Source of the DNA: Octopus sinensis
Taxonomy: Eukaryota
DNA: 64,000 bases
Assembly: GCF_006345805.1 (NCBI RefSeq)
Contig: NC_043005.1
Span: 92,380,001 to 92,444,000, forward strand
Direction: 5' to 3'
The translations under genes were made by a program, and so were the position numbers. This document shows positions 42,201 to 55,800 of the stretch, one piece after another. The notes beneath the pieces were generated by a model. The model saw only the letters and a list, made by a program, of their open reading frames with translations, did no database searches and had not been told where the DNA came from. How positions within the stretch are numbered: position 1 is the first letter of the stretch; each line of letters opens with the position of its first letter.

Positions 42201-43003
42201 CATTTCCATCTAGTATTAAACAGTGAGTTCTTTTCACTAAGCATTTCATACAAAATTTATGTTAGATGCTTTTTTGTGGCAATATAAAGTTACTATAGTT
42301 CTCATGCTCTGCTGTCACTAGTTTTCTCAAAACTAGACATGTTTGCATTTTGTCTGTCCGATCCCAACATTCTTTTTCAAACATTTGTTCAAATCTTTGA
42401 AAGTAAGCCTCAAAGGTTATTCCTTCTTCAAGATCATATCTGAATTCGCTTATGGAATTTGCTACATGGTCAGGTGAAAATGTCTTCTCCGGTTTGCTTA
42501 TCAACTTCATTAGTTGTAACATCTGCTGCTGCAATCCTTGTTGTTGCTGCTTTTGCAGCTCAACTACCCCAGCTAACAAGGCTTCCATGCTTTTCATAAG
42601 TTTGCACAAGGTTTTTGTTGAGTTATCTAATTTCCCACATGAATTAGTTTAAACTCTCCATGCGAATGTCTTTTTTTTCACTGCGTAAATTTCTTTTTCC
42701 TCATTACTACTATAGTAAGGTGGGGGGTTTCTCCCACTGGTCTGATGTGTGACTGCCGTTGTACTGTAGTTACTGTTTTACGGTAGTAGCCACAATAATT
42801 ACTAGTTATCGGATACCATTGTATCTCTTTGTACTGTAATAGTAATACACTAACTTCTTGCCTTACTATTGCTGATAGCTCCACAAGACACTGACTAGAA
42901 CTGTTGACTCTCGACCCCGTCTTTACGGCCGGCTACTGGTCTATTTAGAATGGCTGCTTCCTACCACTTTTTACTGGGAGGGATATAGTTTCGCTATATA
43001 ACA
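39228..43003 (-). mobile_element. Decayed Ty3/Gypsy LTR retrotransposon
   Basis: 5' LTR at about 42711-43003 and partial 3' LTR at 39228-39350 are direct repeats with TG..CA ends and AAATA/AAATG flanks. Gag-like FEAYFQRFE, RT YLDD, FLGLVNYY, RNase H YSQIEKE and integrase Zn-finger HVGHPGISRMK occur in RT-RH-INT order. Carries SINE and LINE-tail insertions. Confidence 0.9.
39916..40217 (-). mobile_element. RTE LINE 3' tail inserted in the Gypsy element
   Basis: (CAT)n plus near identity to 34595-34905. Further tails at about 36740-36956(+), 49300-49447(+), 52356-52660(-), 60355-60612(+) and 63361-63780(-). Confidence 0.88.
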
Positions 43004-43630
43004 AAATGGCACTTGTTTGAGAGAAATTTGCTTGCTATTCCTAGCAGATTGAGTGGCTGTAGTGGGTACCCTGAGACTGGCTATAAATGACTCGTAAAAT
43101 TTATATATTATGATAGTTGCAATTTTATTTAAATGATACCAACTACAAACAGGCAAGGCTTTTGTAGATAAAAATATAATCGATATCTTATCTATTTAGT
43201 TATGAAGTATGTAATCATATTCCTAATCTTTGATGCATTTTTTATTGTCATAGCAAATGCTCTTTCAGACTCAATATTTTATATTTGAGCTGAATGTCTC
43301 TGCTACTTTTACAACTTTTCTATTGACAGAGCACAAACCTGGCTTTAGTTAATGGATTGTAGCATAATGTAACACTGCCATGATGAGGTTAGTCTATCAC
43401 TTTTACTCTAGTACATGTTTTAAAGTTTAACAACCTCTTTATCAAAATTCTAAATTACAGGGGCTGCTAAGAAATCAACTCTTGGTTGTCCAGCAGACAC
43501 ACACATCATCATTTCAATGTCCACTTTTTCATTCTTGTATGGGTCAAACAGAATTTGTTGAAGTAGATTTTTATATAACTGGATGCCTTTCCTGTCGGCA
43601 ACTGTTTCACCTATTTCCAAGTAAGGTAAT

Positions 43631-46200
43631 TGTCATAAACTAATTTAAAGAAGGTTTTTATTCAAACTTTTGCTCACCATCTAATCCATTAATCATGGCT
43701 GTCCAATGATTAAGACTCATTGTTTTATATTAGGCAAAGAAAGCATCCATTTATCAATGTCATTCAACACTAGGCTGCATTTTCCTACTCAATACAAAAT
43801 ATGTCTATATTTTTATCTCTTATTTACTATTGTAGAAAGGAATTAATGATAGGATATTATAATTCATAACACTCTTCTCTGCTGAGTGAAAAAGTCAGTC
43901 ATGGTGCATCCAAAACAGACTCCTCTAGATAAAAAGGGGTCTTGATAATTTGTCCCAGTCGGGAGTTTTCTTGTCTCTTTTTGTCCTTGAATAGCTGGTA
44001 CACTTTGCCAGTTTTGTTACCTCTATTATTCTCATTCAGGTACTCTTTGTTTTCATGTGCTAGACTGTGAACTCCATTTCTTTGTTGATCTGTCGGTGTA
44101 CCATCGTGGTCGGTTCCTTGTTTATTGATTATTTGTGGATCTCATAGTTCCATGTCAGACTCTGTTTGTCAAGTTAGCTCTAGTTGTGTTTGTGTGCTAT
44201 CGTTGCTTCCTTGATTGATAGATTGTCCTACTGGAGCAAGATTGTGTATTGACACTGTGTCTACTCATCCACTTCCAAATTGTACGGGGAAATCATCTCC
44301 AACAATTTTAATGTTTTCTACAAGAGGATACCCCTTATTTCTGAGATGTCAACAATGCAGGATTGTGCTTCTGGTATTCTGGAGGAATTCAGGTAGGATG
44401 GTTCTCACTGTTGATGATCTTGAAAATTTAAATGGCTGCTAGTGCCATAGGAAGGGCTGCCAACCATTGTCCTTTATTGAGTTGTAGAGAACTGATATAT
44501 TTATGGTCTTCACAAGGTGCTGTTGGTCCTTTCACATTGGCCATTGCCTTGAGATCAATAGGGAGATGTCTTTGCATGGGTAGGCAAACGGGTACCTTGA
44601 GTACTCACCAACTACTACCAATAAGTAGCAGTATTATGTGGTCGATGTCAGGGGACCAACAAAGTTGATTGAGAGGCATTCCCATAGTCTCAGTGCCTGT
44701 ATTAACTGACCCATAAGGGGCTTGTGGCAGCTGGGTTTGTTTGTTGCGTGTAGAGCAAGTGTCATTTCACAGGATTTCATTGAGGGAGAATGGCAGGTCA
44801 TTTTTGGGTGGCACAGTTGTTTGTGATGAGTCGCCAGTGTTGTAGTGTCTCTTGTTGCCGCACTTCTGCTTTGTTTTGAGTTCCTGATCTGTAGATTATG
44901 TAATTTATATCTGAGAGGTCCAAGTGCCAGTATATAAGTTTTTCATTTTTGATTTTTGACATCCCTTGCTTTATTGAAGACCATTGCTACTGAGTGTTGA
45001 TTGGTGATGATTTTGCAGCATGGGGAAGCATGTATTAGGTGGTCCCATTTGTGACCTCATTCTATGATTGTGCAGGCTTTTCTCTCGATGATGGATTGGT
45101 GTTTTCCTGTCTTTAAAAGGGACCTTGAATAGAAGGCCTCTGGCCTTCCTTGTGATGGCATCCCTCCCAAGGCTAGGTTGGAAGCATCTATTCTGATAGT
45201 AAGTGGTACTCTGAGTAGTGGAATAGCAAGTCTGGCCTTTACCAATGCATCTTGAGAGATGCAGTTGTTTTTACTTCTTCGGGTAGTCCTACTTTGTTGA
45301 TATTTTCTCTGGTTCTTGAAAGTGGAATGGTGAGTTTGGAACACTGAGGTATTCTCTTTGCATAAAATGCAAAAATGCCTATCATTCAATTTAGTTCTCA
45401 GTGATGTGCAGCTGTCATGTTGCTGAAAAACATTGTTTGCTGCTATTTCATTTAGAAGCTCATCGATCCGATGGGTAGCATAGGCATCCAGTTGTATGTA
45501 GATATTTATAGTGTTTGAGTTGTTGATAACCAATCTTTTCTTCCTTCCATCAGATGTTGCAAGGCATTGAGCTTGCCAAGGACTATGGTTTTCCTGAATG
45601 TCCTTTGAAAGTAACCTGCCTACTTCGTGCTTAATAAATCCTGTGTCTCCTGTGTCATCTTGAAGTTGTAATAATTGGTTTGAGCTTAGAGATCTTAATG
45701 GCTGGAAGCAGTTCATACATGATGCATTTGAGGCTTGACACAGACATGCAGAATGACACGGGCTTGAGGTCTTTTGTGACTGCTGAGTGTTGATGGTGAT
45801 TGGAGTTACAAGGTAGTCAACCACAAGGAAATTAATGTTGTGTTATTTCCCAGTTGTAGTTTGCTACTGAATTTGCCTTTAGTTCCCAGTGCTGTGTTGT
45901 TGGCTAGGTTAACTTTTTCTGGGCTGGTATGATTGTATTGTAATCCCCAGGCTGCAAGAAGATTTGTTTCTATAAATGTCTTGTCAGAACCTATGCTTAG
46001 AAGATCATGTGCATTGTTCTTAATTTTAATGGGTACCAGCTGTCCCATACTGTTTGTGACTGCAAATGGAGATTTTCGCTATGCATTGTTTTTTTTTTTT
46101 TAACAGACGTTTCTGCAAGAAGGCGTGTTTCATTGTTAACAGCTGAGCCTTGCAATACATTGTATCTTCAGTAACCACCTCTATGGTTTGAGCAAGGTAA
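43631..46200 (-). mobile_element. Second decayed Gypsy-like LTR element
   Basis: Putative 3' LTR 43631-43871 (TG..CA) preceded on the minus strand by purine tract AGAGAAGAG. Remnants of RNase H (IDASNLALG...AFYSRSL...SIIERKA), RT (HSPW...LDAY..RIDEL) and protease (LLSIGSDKTFI). Confidence 0.78.
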
Positions 46201-46210
46201 TAGTATTGAA

Positions 46211-46425
46211 GGCGGCGAGCTGGCAGAAACAATAGCACGCCGGGCGAAATGCATAGCCGTATTTCGTCTGCCGTTACGTTCTGAGTTCAAATTCCACCGA
46301 AGTCGACTTTGCCTTTCATCCTTTCGGGCTCGATAAATTAAGTACCAGTTACGCACTGGGGTCGATATAATTGACTTAATCTGTTTGTTCCCTGTGTTTA
46401 GCCCCTTGTGGGTAGTAAAGAAATA
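46211..46425 (+). mobile_element. SINE with Nin/Deu-like central domain
   Basis: tRNA-like head (GAGCTGGCAGAA...GAGTTCAAATTCC) followed by GCCTTTCATCCTTTCGGG.TCGATAAATTAAGTACCAG; decayed relatives at about 49955-50100 and 56490-56710. Confidence 0.75.
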
Positions 46426-46704
46426 TATAGAGTGTTTCTAAGCTGTCATCTGATGACTCGAGAAGTCTTTGTCCAATGGAAGCCCAGCCACAAACGCATC
46501 ACCAATTAAAATTTCTCAATAAGCCTGCAGTTAGGGCTTGGATTTTACGCTTCTTGGCCAGCTCAACATAAATTCTTCATAATTTCTATGAAATTAATGC
46601 ACAAGCAAAATATTGTAAAAAGAAAAAAGTTTTCATTTTTTTTAAAATCCATTTATTAAATATATGTGTATGAATATACATGATGCAGGTTATTAAACAT
46701 GACA

Positions 46705-46817
46705 CTATTTGCCAATTGTTTTAAATACTCTTCGGTCAAATTTGCGCTTTGCAAAAGATCTGTCAGCTTTACCTCTGGGCAAAGCTCTTTGGTCCTTCGA
46801 TTTCTTCTTTTGAAAAT
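46705..46817 (-). CDS. DDX18: DDX18 last coding exon (basic tail)
   Basis: CAG acceptor in phase 1; [37 protein letters not shown]; AATAAA on the minus strand at 46652-46657. Confidence 0.85.
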
Positions 46818-49800
46818 CTGAGACAAAAAGTTAAGGAAATAGCTCTTTGAAGTAAAACATTCTGAAATAATTTCAAAGACATAATTAAGCCAAAAAATTA
46901 GAACATTAAAAAAGATCATTTTGCAGCCTCTTTGCTATACTTGCACAGGTGAAGCAATCATTTTTATAGCTAAGATATGAAACTGGTGTCCCCACCCCAC
47001 CAAGTTCAATAATATAAGATCTAAACTTGTGAGATAATAGTGACCAATCTTAACATTATGGTAGTCATATCACCATCATTTAATGTTCATTTTTCCAAGC
47101 TTGTACCAAAGGTCAGGTGGAAGATGTTAAGATAGATTTCCTACTGCTGGATGCCCTTCTTGTCATCAACCCTCACCTGTTTTTATGGAAAAACTGGAAA
47201 CAAGCAACATGCCATGTTTGAGTGTACATCTATCAAAATAAGGGTACACACAAAACTTTGCTTGACCTGGAGTTATACAAGAAGACACTTATCCAGAGTG
47301 CTGTGCAATGTGACTGAACTCAAGATCACACGGTTGGGAAGCAAGTTTCTTAACAATTAATTGGGTTTAATATATTAATTAGTGCAGGTACAGTGGTATG
47401 GTTAAGAACATTACTTCACAACTAAGTGGGTTCAGGTTCAATTTCACTGTGGAGCATTTTGGGCAAGGGTCATCTACTACAGACTTGGGTTGACTAATGC
47501 CTTAGGAATGAAATTTAGTAGAAGGAAATGGAAGCCTGTCATGTGTGGGGTTTTTTATACTTTTTTTATTTTTCAAAATTAAGATAAAGTTCTTTTTTTC
47601 ATCTAAAATATACTCACCTTCATTTTCTACAATGCTCTTCCATCTATCTGGTAGACTTGCAAGGCCCCTCTTCCCAAATTCATTTGTCTGTGATGAAAAA
47701 TGCTCCTCCAGTATTATTCTGACCTCATCTACAAAATTCATTTTTTTTCCCCGTCCAAGTGATTTTGATAACTGCAGAATAAATGATAATCAAATGGGAC
47801 AATGTCCAGCGAATTTGGAGGATGAGGCATGATTTCCCATTCAAACTGCTCCAACCTTTGGAATGTCATCCTCGCTGTATGTGGTCGAGCATTATCCTGA
47901 TGGAAGAACACCTTTCGTCTTGAAACTAAAGATGGTCGTTCTCCTTCTAGTGCTAACTTAAGCTGCCCAAGATGCTTGCAGTAGATCTCCTTTGTTATAA
48001 AAGTTCAGAGTGGACTAAACCTTTCATATCCCACCTAACAGATAACACCTTATGTGAATGAAGACCTTCTTTAGCCTGGGGTTTCTCTTCTCCCTACCCA
48101 CAGTCTATGGCTCTTGAGATTTTTATAGAGAACCCATTTCTTGTCACCAGTCACTATTTGGTCCAAAAAAGGTTCATTCATGAAATGTGACAGCAAAGAA
48201 GAGCGCGCATTCACTTTTTGCAAACTCAGAAAGTTTGTGAGGAACCCATTAAACCAATTTTTCCGATGGCACACAGATTCAATGAATGGTTGAAGGACCA
48301 AATCCAAGCTTCTCTGCTAGTTCCTCAACAGTTACGGTGGGATTTTGTTCCACCAGGGTTTGCAGGACTTCCTTGTCAAGCTCTAAAGATCTTCCAGGAT
48401 GGGGCACGTCTTCTAGGCTGCAACTTCTGGCTCAGAATTTCTGGAACCACCATTAGCACTGGCTTACACTTACTGTTCAATCCCCATAAACTGCATTAAT
48501 ATTCCAAAATATGGTGAATATGCTTTGTCACTTCCATTATAGCTTTGAAACTCTTCAAAACTTGCACTAAGGACAAGGTAAAATTACTACCTGCTTTTAT
48601 AGCAAGTTGATGCAGGTAGTTTATCCCGTCCCCTTCCAACTTTTAGTTCATGCAATTGAAACAAAGCGCATTATTTATGGGATGACCCAATACATGTATT
48701 TGTGTATAAATAGAAGTCTGCCTCCTCCTCTTTACATTAATACTGCTTGGGCAGAAAACCAGTCCTGCAACTTAGTGATTTTCAAATCAGTGAAATAAAG
48801 TAAGATTCGGCATGAGAAAGGGCATCCAGCCACAACATACTGTCTCAAGAAGCCACATCCAACTCAAGCCAGCACAGAAAAAAAAAAACAATGATGATGA
48901 TATTACTGCTATTGAATTTAGAACAGGACGACAAGTATACCTCGGTACAATGTGAATTTGGATAATGTAAAGCATGAGATTAAAACATAAGAGTAGCTTT
49001 CGTTTGAGCTCTTCGAGTTAGTGACTGAAAGCCTAAAATATTCAATGACAAATTGGTACATTTCTAATGAAAAAAAATACTAAAGCATCTTTCAGTTGAG
49101 TTTTTTTCCCCATCCCTGACAAAATATAGAAACAAGGGGTTTGTGCTGGCACCCCACTACTTCCATCTAACCTTTTCTCCAGAAACCCCGACATGACAGG
49201 CACCTTCTGTTATAGCAAGGTGTCACTATCTCTGTTTTGTCTCTTGCATAATATCACCAAACTACCTTCTCAAATACTCACCCCACTTTCTTTTTTCTGT
49301 AAAGTGGTTGGCATTAAGAAGGGCATTCAGCCATAGGACTCATGTGAAAGCTGACAATAGATCGTGATGCAGCTCTGGGGATCACCAGATGCAGTCAAAT
49401 AGACTAACTCTCATGCCAGCATGAAAAATAGATGTTAAACGATGATGAAACAGAATGAAAGAATAACATAACAGCAGCAAAAAAAAAAAAAACACAAAAT
49501 CGATATAAATACTTTGATTGTGACACAGAACAATAGCATCCACAGAAAAATAGGAGATAAAACAAAGATTAAAAAGAAAAGGATACCAAGGTCAACATAA
49601 ATAGGATTAGCCATACCAAACATTGTTGCTACAGCCTTAACATCCAAGGTATTGACATCAAATATGTCCTTCATGCTACTTGAAGCATAGGCTCGGATGT
49701 AGGATTTATATCCTTCTCGTGCTGCCTTATTCAAATGATAGTTCTTTTGGATTAATTTCTCTAACTGAAAATGAAATTTTAAAAAATACACGGAGAATGA

Positions 49801-52800
49801 AAAACCACTTTCAGCATCCATTTCAATATCATAAAGTTCACATAAACTGATTCTTTGTAAGTCTGACACTTCAATCAATTCTAAGAGACTACAACTACTC
49901 TGGGAATTTATATAACACCAGTTCACCAAACTTATTTACAATACATATTATCTTAAGGCAGTAAACTAGCAATCATTTGAGGCTTAGAATAGAATGTCTC
50001 ACGTTATTTATTTCAACTATCTACATACTGAGTTCAAATCGTGATGAAGTCAAGTTTGCCTTCCATCCTTTCAGGGTCAATAAAAAAGCACCAATCCAGG
50101 CAGTAGATTGGTTGAAATATCTAGTGGATCAAGCAAGATGCCTTGTATCTGTTCTGGCTCTTTGTGTCTTGACAGCAGCACCTGCAATAATACTGGTGCC
50201 CAAGTTGGCAGCTTTCTCTTGGCTAAAATCAGTGGCAAGGAATAGGGAGACTTGCATGCATGGCAACTGCCAGTCTTCCTTATAAAATAAAAATTTGCCC
50301 AGGCTTATGCAAATAAGCAGCAGGTACATGGTCAACCTTGACATATAAAAGTCTTAAACCTATTTTCATAAACGCAGGTAAGTTTAATTTCTCAGATTTT
50401 CAGTGATTTTCTCGATATGTTTCAGTTTGGTTAGCCTTAAAAATGTATGTTGTTCAACACTCAACAGAAAGTATAAAATACAGTTTTACTAAAGTTTTTA
50501 TATATACTCAGCATACTAAATATGTAGTGACACAAATTGCCATGAAATTTTAATTCTGAATAATTTCACTTAAACAAAACTACTCTGACAACACATCTTA
50601 AAGTACAAAAGGAATATATTACAAACCTGTGGTTGGATGTCAGAAATACTGCTCCAAGTAAATTCATACTCATTCAAAGTCACTCTGGCAGCTTTAAGGT
50701 ATCTTAGAAACCCCAACTCGTTAGGTTGTAAAATTAGCAAGGCTTTTCCAGTAGAGCCTTCTCCACGGGCAGTCCGGCCTACACGATGGATGTATTCCTG
50801 TGAAGAGATTTAAAAGAATTTTAATTTCAGAAAATTGAACATGCCTCTAATTACAATCTGAAATAACAAAACATGTTTTGTAAACAATACGGATTCCTTT
50901 TACAACATTCATATTCATGGAGACAAATCAATTACTGGATTACATCAATAAAATCTGGGACTTCAGCTCACATTTCCCAAAAAGAATTGAACTTAGTACT
51001 TTGATGCAATAAAATACAACTAGCACTATAACCCAGCGTTGCCGGATCATAGTGCTAGTGCATGCATATACAGCTGCATGTGTGCGCACATACATGCGAG
51101 TACTGTCCAAATCTCCGACCAATTACATACAGCTAGCTGGCATTTTGATTGGGTTTTGGATAGAAAATTCACAGACAAGTCACTTCTATTGATTTTTTTA
51201 TGCCTTTGTGGGGTGACTGGGGAAATGTAAAGATGTGCACAACCACCCTTGGACGGTTTTGAATGACCATAGAAAGTGCGAGGCCTCTAACTGAAAAATT
51301 GTGGATTTGTATAAAGGACACACAGACATTTTGCCATTTATATATATAGAGATTATACAATATTTAACAATAGCATTTAAACTGGCCACTTCGGCTCAAA
51401 TATGCTATCTGTTTTATGTTCTAGCCGACCAGATCCAGCCCATCACACCTACTCCTCAATATCATTATGACATACACAATCAGATCATAATTTTAAATCT
51501 ATAAAATAATATATGAGAAATTAAAAACGAAAAAAGCATTACATTTGAGAGAATAATTTGAAAGCTAAAAGGTTAAAAGGAAAACAGATAGGTGGCTCAA
51601 GGCTACAATGCTTTTAATCATAGATAAATTTCTAACATCCTGGTTCACCTTATTACAGATAAGGGTTTTTTAGGGCAAAGACAGAGTAGATAATAACTGA
51701 CAATTCAGTTTTTAAAAAAATTTTCTCTCTACACCAACAAATGTAACATTTTCTATACCTACAAAGTCATACAATCACTAACACCTCAGTAGATAAAGGA
51801 AAGATTACATTCCATAGAAAAGGTTTAATAATAATTGCTAATGAACAAAATACACGAACCACCAACTAATATGTTTACTTTCAGCTGTATAAAAGTATTT
51901 TATACACTTTTTTTTTTATTTTGCTAGCATTAGAAGTACTTACCCTCATTTATAATTTTTATGGTTTCTGAGAATTCTATAATTCTGAAACAATTCTTTT
52001 ATCTCTAAACCAGTATATTACACATACACATCATCAACATAATTTTTTTACATCCACAATTTCCAAGTTGCAATGGGTTAGATGAGATTTATCGAAAGCA
52101 GCATTCTGTGTCACATCAAACAGCCAAACTCCAGAACATGTTGTTTATAGGAGACATGCACAAACACACAGTTTCTGTCTACTTCAGCCCACAAGCAGAC
52201 ATCTGCACAAGGTGCTATACAGTTGAATTGAACCGGAAACTACATAGATGCCAAGTAAACTTTGTACCCTGACAACCATGCCTGTGCCTATTCAAGTCTG
52301 TATTAATTAATTAGATATTCAATTACTAACACTTTAACAAGGATACATCTGCTGATCATCATCATCATTCAATGTCTGCTTTCCAGGCTAGCATGGGTTG
52401 GACGATTTTGACTGAGGGCTAGCGAACCAGACGGCTGCACCAGGCTCCAATCTTGATCTGGCAATATTTCTACAGCTGGATGTCCTTCTTAACGCCAACC
52501 ACTCCAAGAGTGTAGTGGGTGCTTTTTACATGCCACTGGCACAGGGGCCAGTCAGGCGGTACTGGCAATGACCTCGCTCGAATCTTTTTACACATGCCAC
52601 CAGCACAGGTGCCAGTAAGGCGACGTTGGTGACGATCACGCTCGAACGGTGCCCTTTTACGTTATCTTCCATAACTGTCACTATTCAACAGAAACTTGTT
52701 TCTTCTTTTCATTAGGTTTTAAAATGATTCCAGCTATTTTTAGCTTAGTCTGAAGGGAAGGGCAATACCCATTACCCTTTCCTGAGATTGGTAGTAGAGA

Positions 52801-55800
52801 AAGAGTGAAAATTGTCCTTTGGTGGAGTTTACTTAATCACAAGCGTTCTGGTCTAAGCTGAATCCGCACTTAAAGAAAACCATGGACCAGGTGGTGGTGT
52901 AAAACCAGTCAATGGATTAAGCATACAGCAGGCTTGAATGCAAAGAGCTGGAACATGTACCAGACGTAATGATCCACCAATAATTAGTATGTATAGCTAT
53001 GTGGTTAAGTTAGTTTCTGCAACCATGTGGTCTCAATCTTAGTCTCTCTGCATGGTACCTTGACCAAGTGCCTTCTACTAAAGCTTCTGGCTCACAAATG
53101 CTAAGTGAGTGAATTTGATAACATCTTTCATGTTCTGAGTTCAAATACTGTCAAAGTTAACTATGGCTTTTGTCCTTCCAAAGCCATTAGGATATGTAGC
53201 AGTCATGTACTGTAGTAATATATAATGTACTATCACAGAAGGTGGTGCATGCTCCAGCACAGCCACAGTGTAAGATTTATATATTTAAACTGAAATTATC
53301 TGTATTTGAAACTGTGTGTATTCTATGACTGTTGCTGAAAAAACTTTGAAGTTGGGGAAAAAAATTCCTTGAACTCTTACAGCAAAAATCTTCAACAAAG
53401 GCTTGACTGCTAGGAACAGTTCCATACATGTAATCTCTAGCACCATTTTTAAACTGGATTGTGCCTTGATGAAATTCTTTACCGCAATATCAGGAGTTGT
53501 AGATATCAACTTGACCCAAATCAAAAACATGTACCACCCCAGCAAATTTTTTTATGTTTGGTAGGATATAAAAGGGATTATTCCTTATGAGCTTATAGGG
53601 TCAAATAAAATAATACTTCTGAAATCTTAAATCCATGCCAGTATAGAAAAAAAAAAATGTGCAAACAGATGATTATTCCCAACAAAAAAAAAAAATAAAT
53701 AAATAAGATCTATGTACAATGGATAAGAAAAGGAGTAAAAGAATTTCAGTCTACTTACTTTCGGATCATCCGGAGGATCATACTGTACAATCCAATCCAC
53801 TTCTGGAATGTCCAAACCTCGAGCTGCAACATCGGTGCACAGCAAAATAGCTTCCTTTGAATTGACAAACTGGAAAAAAGTCTGAGTTCTTTTGTTTTGT
53901 TTTTGTTTCCCCTGTATTGAAAACACATAACTTAAGTCAATAGAAAGAAAAAGAAAAAAAATTCATCAACAAAATATTATTAAGGAGAAAACAAGACTCA
54001 AAAATTTAGATATTTTTAATCACCCTTCCAGTGTTGCTGGTCACCACCTTGTTCATACTGCTTGCCAATTTACTCTTGCTGCCTTTCATCTACACATCCT
54101 GGCTTCTCTCTCCTGTTTCACACTGTCCTTTGTCACTGTTCTATTCTACTTGTCTGAGAAAGCTGAGTCCCTCTGTCATTCATCCCATAAAAGGGACTTA
54201 TCACTATCATTGATTTGCTCAACAACAACAGCCACTGCCACCACCACCAAAAGAAGTCGGCTAGCAAGTAGAGATACCCCGTACACCCTGTAGAAGTAGT
54301 TAGCATTCAGAAGAGGATCCAGCTACGGAAACCAAGCCAGAAATGACACTCACAAGTGAGATGTGGTTCTCCAGCTCATCTAGATGAACAGCACCACCAA
54401 ATATGTGTTAATTCCAACAATGGCAACTCACGCAACCCATCCCAGCACAGAAAATATACGTAAAATGATGATGATGAAACTATTATGTTAACATCAAATA
54501 ATGATTACATGGATATGGAGTTTGCTTTTGTTACTACATGGTCTTAAGCTCTACCTTACAAGATGGCAAGTGTCTATTGTGGTTTCAGGTTGACCAATAA
54601 CTGTAAAACTGAAAGACAGAAACTATGAAAGCTTGCTGTGTGTGTGTGTGTTTGTACATATGAAAAGTACTGCTTATGCACCACACCTTTGAAAAGTATT
54701 GTGAAAAAAAACCAGGGATGTTTGTTGTCATCCACTGCTAACAGATCTTTCCAAAACTGTATTTTTGAAGATGACTGAAATAAAAATCCATTACATAAGT
54801 AAAGGTTAACAACAGGAAGAGCTTCCAGCTGTAAAACAGCCTCTACATATTCCTTCAATCCATGCTAGCTTGGAAAAACGGACATAATACAAATAAGTTA
54901 GGCATAGGAAACCGTTTTTGAGAAATAAGCCACATGAGACATGATTTATCATCATGTGGCTGCACTACTATAAAAAATTTTAGAAGTGCCATTCAGAAAG
55001 TCCCACAGGTAGGAATTTGCCCACAACAGCTCTAAGTTATTATTCAGGATTAGTTTTTGTTTCTTTTAATAGTTTACTCAGAGGAAGAAGAGGAACATCT
55101 ATGACATATATTAGCAAGGCTTCCAAAAGTGGTGGTAACAAACTACAGCTGGTTATCCTCAGAGCATATACTCAATCTCAATGCTTACTACATAGCATAC
55201 CTTTGTCATCTCACATTAGTTCTTTCTACTACTATAAAAAATATTGAGTTGTTCAACAAAAGTTTTCACTTTGTAGTTTCAACAAGTCAACATTCAGGTG
55301 AAAATTAGTTTACTTACATGTATTGACATTACAGGGAGATCAATGTAATTAAACAGATCATGGTGGAATTTTACAGACATACACGAACTGAAAAACACCA
55401 TTAATTTCTTCTTGCGATTTTTCTTGAGAAATGTGAAGAGCATAAGAAATCGTTTATCAGTTGGACATACAACATAGCCCTAAAAATGGAGAAAAGGTAT
55501 AGAAATAAATGACAAAAATTAAAACAATCATACATATTTCAGTTTCTAAAACCTCAATAAAACACTTCACCTTTCTTTCACTTGTTTCAGTCATTGGACT
55601 GCAGCCATACTGGGGCACCATCTTGAAGAGTTCAGTTGAACAAACTGACCCCAGTACTTGCTTTTTTGCTTTAAAATCTAGTAATTATGTATGTCTCTTT
55701 CACCAAGCCACAGAGTTATGGGGCTCTAAACAAAACATCAGTTGACAAGCTGTGGGTGGACAAATACAGAGAGAGAGATACACAAATATATACATGATGG

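Noticed and set aside
46656-46919. 87-aa ORF over the DDX18 last exon
   Set aside because: Different frame from the phase-1 spliced frame, which ends at TAG 46705.
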